A DNA stretch of 44,800 bases from Candidatus Eiseniibacteriota bacterium (GCA_031370785.1 JANMQY010000053.1:1-44800), one strand, 5' to 3'. Shown: positions 10,032 through 18,728, counted from the stretch's first letter. The notes: generated by a model from the sequence alone, not told the origin. A program made the numbers and translations.

Positions 10032-11201
10032 TCAGCGCACCTTCACGAGAGTCTTCGAGAAGAGCTGTCCTCCGACGCGCAGCGCGGCAAAGTACATCCC
10101 CGGCGCGAGCGATTCCCCCGTCACCAGCGCGCTGTGATCGCCGGCCGGCAGGTTGGCGTCCACCAGCGTGCGCAGCCGCTGCCCCGTGATCGAGTACAGG
10201 CTCAGATTCACGTAGTCGGCCCGCGGCAAGGAGAAGCGCAGCGCGGATGCGATCGAGAACGGATTCGGAATTGCGCCACGGAACTCCACGCTCGCGCTCC
10301 GCGCGACCGGCGCCTGCGCGGCCGGCTCGAGCGCCGGCTGCGCGCTCGCGATCGCGCGATCGAACAGGCTGGGCCGATAGACCGGAGCGATTTCGTTGAC
10401 GCGCGCGATCTGACCGGGCGTGAATTCCGTGTAGCAGGCGTCGTCGGTGTAGTCCATGTAGTTGTGGATCGGATCGTCGCCGGGCTGCGAGCAGGTGTTG
10501 CGACCGAGCGGGCAGCCGAATGCGGGGCTGGCTTCGAACGGTGTGTCGTTGACCTCGTCTCCGGGTTCGACGCAGCCACCCTGGAACGTGTGGAGCAGTC
10601 CGAGATAGTGCCCGCTCTCGTGGACCAGCGTGCCGCCGAGATCGTACGGAGCGAGGAAGCCGCCGGGCACCGAGCCATAGTGGAACACCACGCCGTGGTA
10701 GTAGCTGTCTTCGGGCGCCGAGAATGGGAAGTACGCCCAGCCCAGCAGCCCCTTGCCGGGACTGCACGTGTACACGTTCAGGTGATGCGCGGGATCGATC
10801 GCAAGTGCCTTCTTGGCCTGCTTCTCGGATCCGGTGCCCGGCGCCATGGTGAACCAGTTCTTGTTTTCCGTGCGGTCCACCGAGGAGAGCACGAACCGGT
10901 AGCCGCTCCTCGCGTAGCCCAGATTGAGCACGCGGATCTGGTCCGAGATCTGGCGATCGGTGACGTTGCCTGCTCCGCCCGACATGATGATGTGGAACGC
11001 GACGGGAATCGTGGCGCCGGTCCCGGCTCGCACTTCTCCGGCACGCGCGCGCAGCGCCGCGCGCACTCCGCTTATGACGACGGGGTCGGGATCCGGGGTG
11101 CCACAGGCGCGCAGCAGATGTAGCGGCGCCGCCCCGGAAACGGGTGCGCACAGGCTCAAGGCCGCGAACGCGAACAGAACGGGAACGATGCGGTAACTCA
11201 T
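10032..11201 (-). CDS. secreted M43 (ulilysin/pappalysin-like) zinc metalloprotease with C-terminal FlgD-Ig/T9SS-like domain, copy 1
   Basis: Start at ATG 11201 after GGAGGT; signal peptide; Cys-switch-like CGTP; HESGHYLGLLH (HExxHxxGxxH); Met-turn NYMDY; tail with PNPF...YSITGQRLRTL...PGMYF. Confidence 0.92.
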   Translation of the reverse strand: MSYRIVPVLFAFAALSLCAPVSGAAPLHLLRACGTPDPDPVVISGVRAALRARAGEVRAGTGATIPVAFHIIMSGGAGNVTDRQISDQIRVLNLGYARSGYRFVLSSVDRTENKNWFTMAPGTGSEKQAKKALAIDPAHHLNVYTCSPGKGLLGWAYFPFSAPEDSYYHGVVFHYGSVPGGFLAPYDLGGTLVHESGHYLGLLHTFQGGCVEPGDEVNDTPFEASPAFGCPLGRNTCSQPGDDPIHNYMDYTDDACYTEFTPGQIARVNEIAPVYRPSLFDRAIASAQPALEPAAQAPVARSASVEFRGAIPNPFSIASALRFSLPRADYVNLSLYSITGQRLRTLVDANLPAGDHSALVTGESLAPGMYFAALRVGGQLFSKTLVKVR

Positions 11202-11330
11202 GGCGACCTCCGGGAAAGTTGGCACTCGATCGGGGCGGTGACGCGGCATGTTGACCCGGTCGGAATGCTTTGGTGACCACTCTATGGTCTCGCCGCGGCC
11301 GCAAGCGCGCCACTGGAAAGTCGGCGCTGC

Positions 11331-11834
11331 TCAGTTGAGCACGACCCCGCGCGCCGAGGCCGAACGCCCGTCCTGCGTGACCCGGATGAGATAGACGCCG
11401 GATCGCAATGCGACCCCGAGCGGCACCACGTGAGGCCCCGCGCCGAATGGGGTCACATCGCGATCGAGCACGCGACGTCCGACGAGGTCCAGCACTTCGA
11501 GCCTGTCGCGCGCGCGAGAGGCGAGCGAGAAGGCCACCGAACCACCACGAGCAGCGGGATTGGGACGGAACCCCACGGCCCGGAGCGGGCCGGTCGGAAC
11601 ACTCGCGGACGTCACCCCGAACGTGGAGATGGTGCCTCGCGCAGTCCAGGGCACTTCGATCCCAAGCGGCGCGGTTCTTCCGGCGAGTGTGATTCTCCGC
11701 CGCGGCTCGAAATCAGCCCCTTCGAGGCTGCCGTAGCAGCACTCAACTGTTCCGCGATCGCGGCTCGGATTCCAGCGAATAGGGCTGCACGCAAGCGGAC
11801 GCCGGGCGGCGACGCGCACAGCGGAGTGGACCAT
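11331..11834 (-). pseudogene. probable gene remnant (or small protein) retaining only a FlgD-Ig/T9SS-like C-terminal domain
   Basis: Last ~85 aa (FRPNPAARGGSVAFSL...LDLVGRRV...LRSGVYLIRV) match the tails of neighbouring secreted proteins; the upstream part has no signal peptide, clear RBS or recognisable domain. Confidence 0.5.
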
Positions 11835-12163
11835 GTCAGGGCGGATCTTCGGTGCTCGTTTATAGGTGCCAAACAGGTTTCAACCCCTCTGGAAGTCGAG
11901 AAGGCAGGCCGATTGTCAACTCTCTGACGCGCAGGTAAAGAATCCGTGACATGCGGGCTTGATGATGGTTGATTGCGGGCAGTCACGGTCGGGCCAATGA
12001 GCCCCGCCATTGCCGCCAACATCCCCTTGCTGCACGCGAAATCAACGACCGACATCGCCCCGAGTCCAAATCACCCCCTTCATCCCTCTTGGACCCCCGA
12101 GAGGCCTCGCTTCACCCGGAGTCAAATCTCCCAGGTTTCTCCCCCACTCCCCAGGAGGCAGCC

Positions 12164-15142
12164 ATGATCAGCGTTTCCCGTTTGGTGTTCCGCGCGGTCG
12201 CCCTGTGCGCCATTGCCGGAGGGGCATTCACCGCCGTGGCCGCTGCCGCGGCGCTCCAGGATCAGATCAATCCATGGCCGAACGATCTGTCACCCTCCGG
12301 GCTGCGCGCGGCGGCGTCGATCAGCAACGATCCCGCGCTACAGGCCGCGCTTCCCGAGGGCGCCCTCGAGGCGGTGCAGCGCTACGTCGCCGACACGCGC
12401 GCGCTCGGGTTCGAGCACGGCCACCGGCTCCTCTACATCCCGGGGCCGACGAACGTCATGGCGAACAATCCCGCGGGTGACAGAATCGGCGAGACCCAGT
12501 CCGAGGTCTCGGTCGCGGTGTTCCGCGACACGGTCGTCATCGGCTGGAATGACTCGAGGGGCTTCGTCGCCGGCAATACGATCTCGAGCTACGCCTATTC
12601 CACCAACGGCGGCGCCAGCTTCGTCGATGGCGGCAACGTGCCGCTCGCCCTGCCCACCGACCAGTGCTTTGGAGACACGGGCTGGGATACGGACGAGAGT
12701 GGCCACTGGTACCTGGGCCAGATCTATACGCGCACGGCGGGAAACCCCAATCCGACCGCGGAGCAGGATGTCGCTGTCCATCACGCGGGCTTCGTGGCGG
12801 GCGTGCTCGTGCTCGATCCGCCGGTCGTGGCCTCGATCGGTACGACGGCGACCGGGAATCTCGACAAGTGTCTGCTCGCCTGTGACAAGGTGACGGGCAA
12901 CGTGTACTTTGCCTACACGCGCTTCACCGCGATCCCCCAGATTGAGATCGTGCGTTCGACGACCCGGGGCACGAGCTGGAGCGCCCCGATCGTGCTCGAC
13001 AACACGACGACCCCAACCTCGTCCAAGCAGGCGGCACGACCGTTCTGCGGTCCGAACGGTGAGGTCTACGTCGTGTGGGAGAAGGGTGCAAACCTGATTA
13101 ATTGCCCGGACGGCGGGGGAAATCTCACCCCGACGCAGGCCCAGATCGCATTCACCCGCTCGCTCAACTTCGGCGCAAGCTACGACCCCCTGAGTGTCAT
13201 AGGAAACCCGTACTCCTCCTTCATGTGGTCCGGGCCGGGCGACAATCGCGAGCGCGCGAACGACTTCCCCGACATCGCGGTGGACATCTCGGACAAATGT
13301 TACAGGGGCAACATCTACGTGACCTGGCACGAGTCGGCGTTCTGGAACGCCAACGTAAGTGCCGGACCGGCGAAGGTCGAAGCCAACGACGCCGCCAACA
13401 ATAATCCGACGGGCCCCGAACTGTTCAGCGTCGGGGACGACTGCACCGGCTCGATCAGTTCGACGGGCGACTTCGACTACTGGCAGTTCAACGCCGTGCA
13501 GGGCCAGAGCTACCTCATGGTGCTCGATCCGCAAGGCTTCGTGTGCGGCCTGACCGGCACGAGCAGGGCGATGCGTATGCAGCTTTTCGCCGTCACCACT
13601 CCCTATCCCAATCCGACAGGCTTCCCGGACTCGGTGCTTGCGGCTTCAGGGCAGGGCACCTTCGAGGACCGGATCGTTTGGACCTGCCCCACCACCGGGC
13701 CCTATGTCATGCGCCTGCGGCGAGGCTCGTCCGGCACGGCGCCCTTCACGTACAATATGACCGTCCGTCCGCTGACCTTCAGCCCCGGCCAGCCACGCGA
13801 CGGGCGTGACGTCGTCCTGGTGAAGTCGTCCGACCAGGGCACCACCTGGAGCTCCGAGCAGCGCGTCAATGACGATGCTGCCGGGCTCGAGAACCGCCGG
13901 CCTTTCGTCGCCGTCAACAGCAGCGGGCAGGTCAGCATCTACTGGCACGACTCGCGGGACGCCGGCTTCGGCTCGAGCGCGTCCCTGACGAGCGTCTACG
14001 GCACGACCTCGCGCGATGGCGGCGCGACCTGGTTGGCGAATTACGCAGTGACCGACGAGCTGTCGTTCTTCTCGCTCAACTCCCTCGCGATTCCCAACCT
14101 CGGCGACTACAACCAGGCCGCCGCGCGCGGCACACCGATCTTCCATCCAGGGTGGTCGGATCAGAGGATCTCCTCGGGGGACGTGCGCACCCCCGGCACG
14201 AACACCTATACAGCCGGCCGCGGCCCCGACGCCTTCACGACCGGCATTTCGTTCTTCATGACCGCGATGTGTCCTCCGGACACGATCGGCTCGCCGGGGT
14301 CAAACGTGGTCCGGGTATTCAGGATCGTCAACAACAGCTCGGTCCCCGACGGCTACAACTACTCGATTACCGATACCGGCGGGTACATTGGCGGCCCGAT
14401 CAACGGCAGCACGACCCTGCTCGCGGCGGGCGATATCGCCTACATCTTCGTAACCGCCTTCGTGCCCGTCGACTGCAATCCCCCCCAGGATATCATCACG
14501 TTCTCGGTGCTTCCCAAGGGCGAGGGCTGCTTCGCGCCCCAGGTGTGCCAGACCAGGATTTTCTGCGACTTGGTGACCGCGACGCTGATCTCGCGCTTCG
14601 ACGCCGCACCCGCGGCGGCCGGCGTGGACCTCACATGGTCGTCGGACGCGGTGGGTCAGATCGTGGCGTGGAACGTCTACCGGACGACAACGGAAGGCGG
14701 CGCCTGGACGCAGATCAACGCTGAGCCCATCGCGATGGGAAGCGGCGGCCAGTTCCGTCTCCATGACGACGTCGTTGCGACGGGGACGCTCTTCTATCGC
14801 CTCGGTGCCGTGCTATCTGATGGCCGCGAGCGAGCCGTGGGCCTGACCCAGTTCGCCTCGGCGGCCGGACCGTTCTCGTTCGCGATCGCGGGGAGTAACC
14901 CGTTCCAGGGCAGGACCACGTTGCGCTACGCGCTGCCTTCGGCCGAACGCGTGCGGATCGACGTCTACAGCGTGAGCGGACAGCGGGTGCGCACGATCAT
15001 GGACCGGACCGAAGCCCCCGGGGTCCACACCGTGGACTTCGCGCTGCGCGGCGAGGGCCAGTCGCTCAAGCCGGGGCTCTACCTGGTGCGCATCCAGGCG
15101 GGTTCGAATCAGAAATCGGTGCGACTGATCGCTCTCGACTAG
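12164..15142 (+). CDS. large secreted multidomain protein: Asp-box (BNR/sialidase-like) propeller, inserted PPC-like domain, Ig-like region, FlgD-Ig/T9SS-like tail
   Basis: Start at ATG 12164 after AGGAGG; signal peptide; Asp-boxes STNGGASF, STTRGTSW, SLNFGASY, SSDQGTTW, SRDGGATW; GSISSTGDFDYWQF PPC-like motif; tail SNPF...YSVSGQRVRT...KPGLY. Confidence 0.82.
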   Translation: MISVSRLVFRAVALCAIAGGAFTAVAAAAALQDQINPWPNDLSPSGLRAAASISNDPALQAALPEGALEAVQRYVADTRALGFEHGHRLLYIPGPTNVMANNPAGDRIGETQSEVSVAVFRDTVVIGWNDSRGFVAGNTISSYAYSTNGGASFVDGGNVPLALPTDQCFGDTGWDTDESGHWYLGQIYTRTAGNPNPTAEQDVAVHHAGFVAGVLVLDPPVVASIGTTATGNLDKCLLACDKVTGNVYFAYTRFTAIPQIEIVRSTTRGTSWSAPIVLDNTTTPTSSKQAARPFCGPNGEVYVVWEKGANLINCPDGGGNLTPTQAQIAFTRSLNFGASYDPLSVIGNPYSSFMWSGPGDNRERANDFPDIAVDISDKCYRGNIYVTWHESAFWNANVSAGPAKVEANDAANNNPTGPELFSVGDDCTGSISSTGDFDYWQFNAVQGQSYLMVLDPQGFVCGLTGTSRAMRMQLFAVTTPYPNPTGFPDSVLAASGQGTFEDRIVWTCPTTGPYVMRLRRGSSGTAPFTYNMTVRPLTFSPGQPRDGRDVVLVKSSDQGTTWSSEQRVNDDAAGLENRRPFVAVNSSGQVSIYWHDSRDAGFGSSASLTSVYGTTSRDGGATWLANYAVTDELSFFSLNSLAIPNLGDYNQAAARGTPIFHPGWSDQRISSGDVRTPGTNTYTAGRGPDAFTTGISFFMTAMCPPDTIGSPGSNVVRVFRIVNNSSVPDGYNYSITDTGGYIGGPINGSTTLLAAGDIAYIFVTAFVPVDCNPPQDIITFSVLPKGEGCFAPQVCQTRIFCDLVTATLISRFDAAPAAAGVDLTWSSDAVGQIVAWNVYRTTTEGGAWTQINAEPIAMGSGGQFRLHDDVVATGTLFYRLGAVLSDGRERAVGLTQFASAAGPFSFAIAGSNPFQGRTTLRYALPSAERVRIDVYSVSGQRVRTIMDRTEAPGVHTVDFALRGEGQSLKPGLYLVRIQAGSNQKSVRLIALD

Positions 15143-15166
15143 GCGGGCCCGACGCGACGGCAGTTC

Positions 15167-15197
15167 AGGCTCCCCGGGGCATGACGCCCGGGGAGCC
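15167..15197. terminator. GC-rich hairpin between convergent genes
   Basis: AGGCTCCCCGGGGC-ATGAC-GCCCGGGAGCCT, bulged stem, no clear U tract. Confidence 0.4.
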
Positions 15198-15200
15198 TTG

Positions 15201-17180
15201 TCATGCGCCGCCGGGACGCAGTGCGCCCAGGGCCGCCAGTACGCGCCGCGCGAAGTCGGTGAGCGAAGGGTCGCGCGCCCCCATCACCAGCACCAGGTCG
15301 CCCTCGCGTGCCACCTCGGCGACGCGCGCGATCAGCCATTCGCGCGAAGGCGCGAACTCGGCGGCACAACCGCGCGCGGCGATCTCGCCGACCATGTCGG
15401 CTGCCGAGAAGTCACGCTGCGCGGTGCCGCCGGCGTAGAAGATCTCGAGCAGCCACAGCCGGTCCTCCGGCCCCAGGGACGAGACGAAGCTCTCGACGAA
15501 ATCGCGTCTCAGGAATCGGGTCGGCCCGTAGCCGTGCGGCTGGTAGATTGCGAGCACGCGCGCGGCGCGGCGGCGCGCAGTTTCGATTGCCGCGGTCACC
15601 TTGGTCGGATTGTGGGCGAAGTCGTCCACCACCTCGATCCCGCGCGTGCGGCCGAGTGACTGGAAGCGGCGGCCCACACCCTCGAAGGCGGCGAGCGGCG
15701 CCACCATGTCCGCGAGCGGCACTCCGACCGCACGACAGGTCGCGATCGCGGCCAGGGCGTTCTCAACGTTATACCTCCCGGGCGCAGGCAGCGTGAATCG
15801 GACTCCCCCGACCTGGAAGACGCTGCCATCCGGCCCAAGATCGACACCCTCGCCGCGCACGTCGCTGCGCGGGCCGAAGCCGAACACGGTGCCGCCGGCC
15901 GCCAGATCGGCGAGCCGCGGGTCCTCGCCCGCGACGAACGCTTCGCGCGTCCGGCGGCGCAGGGTCGCGAACATCGCGGCGACCTCGTCCATCTCGCGAT
16001 GATCGCGCTGCAGATTGAGCACCACGCCGACGGCGGGCGCGTAGCGCACCAGCGAGCCGTCGCTCTCATCGGCCTCGACCACGAGCAGATCCGATCCGCC
16101 ATACCAGGCGTTTCCCCACAGCCCCTCACGCTGCAGCATCACCAAGTCCCCGCCGGTGATCACCGACGGCTTGAGCCCGGCGCCGCGCAGGATCTCGAAC
16201 GTCATCGCGACGACCGAAGACTTGCCGCTGGTGCCGCTGATCGCGATGGTGCGGTGCCTCGCGACGAAATGCGCGAGCAGCTCGCTTCGGTGCACGACCG
16301 GCACTCCGCGCGCGCGCGCCGCGACCATGTCAGGCACTTCGGCCTCGACCGCGGTCGAGACCACGAGCGCCGCGCAATCCTCCCCGACCCCGCTTCCGTC
16401 CTGAGCGTGGATCGTGATGCCGCACTTCTCGAGCTGCGCGCGCGAAGCGGTGCGCTCGCCGCGGTCGAACGATCGATCGCTGCCGCTCGCGCGACCGCCG
16501 GTCATGCTCTGGAACTGGGCGAGCGCGCTCATGCCGCTGCCCGCGAGCCCGGCGTAGTGAAAGCGCCCGGCGCCGAGCGGATCGGGCACGCTCGCCGCAT
16601 CGTCGGGGACGATCAGAACGCGGTCACCCTCGGCGACGCGCTCGTGCAGCTCGATCACGTCGCGATTCGACAGGCGCACGCAGCCGTGCGAGTCCGGCGT
16701 GCCGAGCGCGCCCTCGTGGTTGGTGCCGTGCAGGTAGACGTAGCGCTCGAGCGAGTCCACACCCGGGCCGCGGTTGACGCCCTCCTCGAGGCCCTCGAGC
16801 GTCAGCACGCGGGTCAGGATCAGGTCTTCCTTCTGCGGCTCGCCGCGCCACACCACTCCGGTCGCGACCCGGCTCTCGAATACCGCTCCGCTGGGCGCGC
16901 CGGCCCCGATCCGCGCGTGAATGCCATGCCACCCGGGCGGAGTCCTGAGCGAGCCCGACTCGCTGCCGACGCCGGCGGCCGCGGTCGAAACCGCGTATTC
17001 GCCGATCACCTCGCCACGCTCGATCAGCGCGAGACGCTGGCGGCGAACGTCGACCAGCAACACCCGGCCAGGCGCGGACCCGACCGGAAGGCCGGTGGCG
17101 GATGCGCTCGAGGCGTGTTCGAGGGCAGCGCCGAGCAGCGCGAGGTCGCGTTCTCGGGCAAGAGCGGTGGGAACGAGCAT
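15201..17180 (-). CDS. fusion: YkuD/L,D-transpeptidase-fold domain + MurC/Mpl-like Mur ligase
   Basis: One uninterrupted ORF. N-terminal YLHGTNHEGALGTPDSHGCVRL; C-terminal GLAGSGMSALA, SGTSGKSS, EADESDGS, GRYNVEN, GVGRRF, DDFAHNP, YQPHG, MGARD. Start ATG 17180 or GTG 17198. Confidence 0.88.
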   Translation of the reverse strand: MLVPTALARERDLALLGAALEHASSASATGLPVGSAPGRVLLVDVRRQRLALIERGEVIGEYAVSTAAAGVGSESGSLRTPPGWHGIHARIGAGAPSGAVFESRVATGVVWRGEPQKEDLILTRVLTLEGLEEGVNRGPGVDSLERYVYLHGTNHEGALGTPDSHGCVRLSNRDVIELHERVAEGDRVLIVPDDAASVPDPLGAGRFHYAGLAGSGMSALAQFQSMTGGRASGSDRSFDRGERTASRAQLEKCGITIHAQDGSGVGEDCAALVVSTAVEAEVPDMVAARARGVPVVHRSELLAHFVARHRTIAISGTSGKSSVVAMTFEILRGAGLKPSVITGGDLVMLQREGLWGNAWYGGSDLLVVEADESDGSLVRYAPAVGVVLNLQRDHREMDEVAAMFATLRRRTREAFVAGEDPRLADLAAGGTVFGFGPRSDVRGEGVDLGPDGSVFQVGGVRFTLPAPGRYNVENALAAIATCRAVGVPLADMVAPLAAFEGVGRRFQSLGRTRGIEVVDDFAHNPTKVTAAIETARRRAARVLAIYQPHGYGPTRFLRRDFVESFVSSLGPEDRLWLLEIFYAGGTAQRDFSAADMVGEIAARGCAAEFAPSREWLIARVAEVAREGDLVLVMGARDPSLTDFARRVLAALGALRPGGA

Positions 17181-17212
17181 GGGCGCACACTGTGCCACAC
17201 GCCGCGCGCCGC

Positions 17213-17248
17213 GGAAAACGAACGGGGCCGGTCTTGCGACCGGCCCCG
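17213..17248 (-). terminator. rho-independent terminator of M43 protease copy 2
   Basis: Perfect 11-bp stem CGGGGCCGGTC/GACCGGCCCCG with a GCAA tetraloop on the minus strand, followed by TTCGTTTT. Confidence 0.8.
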
Positions 17249-17283
17249 CGCTGGTCCGAGACGATCCCGGATGCGGCCCGCGA

Positions 17284-18492
17284 TTATCTGACCAGAATCA
17301 CGCTGCGCACGACCTGAGCGTCGCTGCCGACGCGCAGCGCCATGAAATACATGCCGGGAGCCAGGCCATTCGCGCGGAATTCGACCGCGTGATCGCCGGC
17401 CTCTGCGTCGCGATCCAGCAACGTCGAGACCAGCTGGCCGGCGACGTTGTAGACCTTGAGCGAAACGTAATCGCTCCTGGGCAGCGAGAACCTGACGCTG
17501 GTGGCGCCCGAGAACGGATTGGGAGCCGCTCCCCGGAATGCCACGGTGCGCGAGAGCGTGGGCGTACCCGCCGTCGGCGTCGCATCGGGCTTCGCCGCCA
17601 TCTGTGGCGCGGCCGCGTTCAGCAGGCTCGGCCGGTACACCGGAACCTGCGAATCCATGCGCACGTCCTGGCCCGCGGTGAACTGCGTGTAGCAGGCATC
17701 GTCCGAGTAATCCATGTAGTTGTGGATCGGATCGAGACCGGCCGTCGGGCAGGTGTCCTTCCCGCTCGGGCAGCCGGAGGTCGAAGTCGCCTCGTCCGGC
17801 GTGTCCGCGACCTGGTCGCCGGGCGCGGTGCAGCCGTTCTGGAATGTGTGATAGAGACCGAGGTAGTGCCCCACCTCGTGATCGAGCGTGCCACCCAGGT
17901 TGTACGGGGCGAGGTATCCGCCCGGCACCGAGCCGTAGTGAAACACAACGCCGTGGTGCCAGTCACCTTCGGGATACGAACTCGGGAAGTAGGCCCAGCC
18001 GAGCAGATTCTGACCCGGCGCGCAGGTGTACACGTTCAAGCGATGGGGAATGTCGGTCGCCAGCGCCTGCTTGGCCTGCCGTTCCGAGGCCGTCCCGGGC
18101 GTCATCTTGAACCACTTGCTGTTGCTGGTGCGGCTCACGCTCGCGAGCACGAACGTGTAGCCGGTATTCGCACCGCCGTAGAAACCCGAATAGGCCTTGT
18201 TGAGCTCGGCGATCTGCGCGTCGATCTGTGACTGCGGGATGTTGCCGGTCGATCCGCTGTAGATCACGTGGAACGCGACCTTGATCTGGCCGCCCACGGC
18301 CTGCGCGCCGAACTCATCCACGTAGCGCTTCAGAGCCGCGCCCTCGGCGAACTGCTCCGAAATGCTCGGTGTGGGAGTGCCGCACACACGCTCGGGCCCT
18401 CCGCCGGCATCGGACTCGGGCAGCTTCAGCGCGAACGCCGAACCTGCGGTGCACAGCAACAGAGCGACGGGAAGGAGAAGTCTGACCTTCAT
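17284..18492 (-). CDS. secreted M43 zinc metalloprotease with C-terminal FlgD-Ig/T9SS-like domain, copy 2
   Basis: Start at ATG 18492 after GGAGGT (MKVRLLLPVALLLCTAGSAFA signal peptide); CGTP; HEVGHYLGLYH; NYMDY; PNPF...YNVAGQLVSTL...PGMYF. Confidence 0.93.
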   Translation of the reverse strand: MKVRLLLPVALLLCTAGSAFALKLPESDAGGGPERVCGTPTPSISEQFAEGAALKRYVDEFGAQAVGGQIKVAFHVIYSGSTGNIPQSQIDAQIAELNKAYSGFYGGANTGYTFVLASVSRTSNSKWFKMTPGTASERQAKQALATDIPHRLNVYTCAPGQNLLGWAYFPSSYPEGDWHHGVVFHYGSVPGGYLAPYNLGGTLDHEVGHYLGLYHTFQNGCTAPGDQVADTPDEATSTSGCPSGKDTCPTAGLDPIHNYMDYSDDACYTQFTAGQDVRMDSQVPVYRPSLLNAAAPQMAAKPDATPTAGTPTLSRTVAFRGAAPNPFSGATSVRFSLPRSDYVSLKVYNVAGQLVSTLLDRDAEAGDHAVEFRANGLAPGMYFMALRVGSDAQVVRSVILVR

Positions 18493-18728
18493 GGCCACCT
18501 CCGGGGGAAGCGCTCTTCGTGGCCCCGACCGCGCCACCCAGGAATCAGGGGGGTTCCCGTGTCCGGCCACGAACGCGGGAAACACTGTCAACATCACCCC
18601 GCGATTGCCAGCGTAAAAATCATCTGAGGTCAGAAAAATGCAAGGCGACGTCGCCCAGTTTAGTAAGTGAGAACGGGGTTTTGTCGGGCCGTACCTTGCT
18701 GCTCGCCACGCCGAACGAAGCCGCGACT

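Noticed and set aside
11891..11916. GGAAGTCGAG...GCCGAT resembling the sigma28-like site at 25591-25619
   Set aside because: Spacer is 3 nt too short for a sigma28 promoter.
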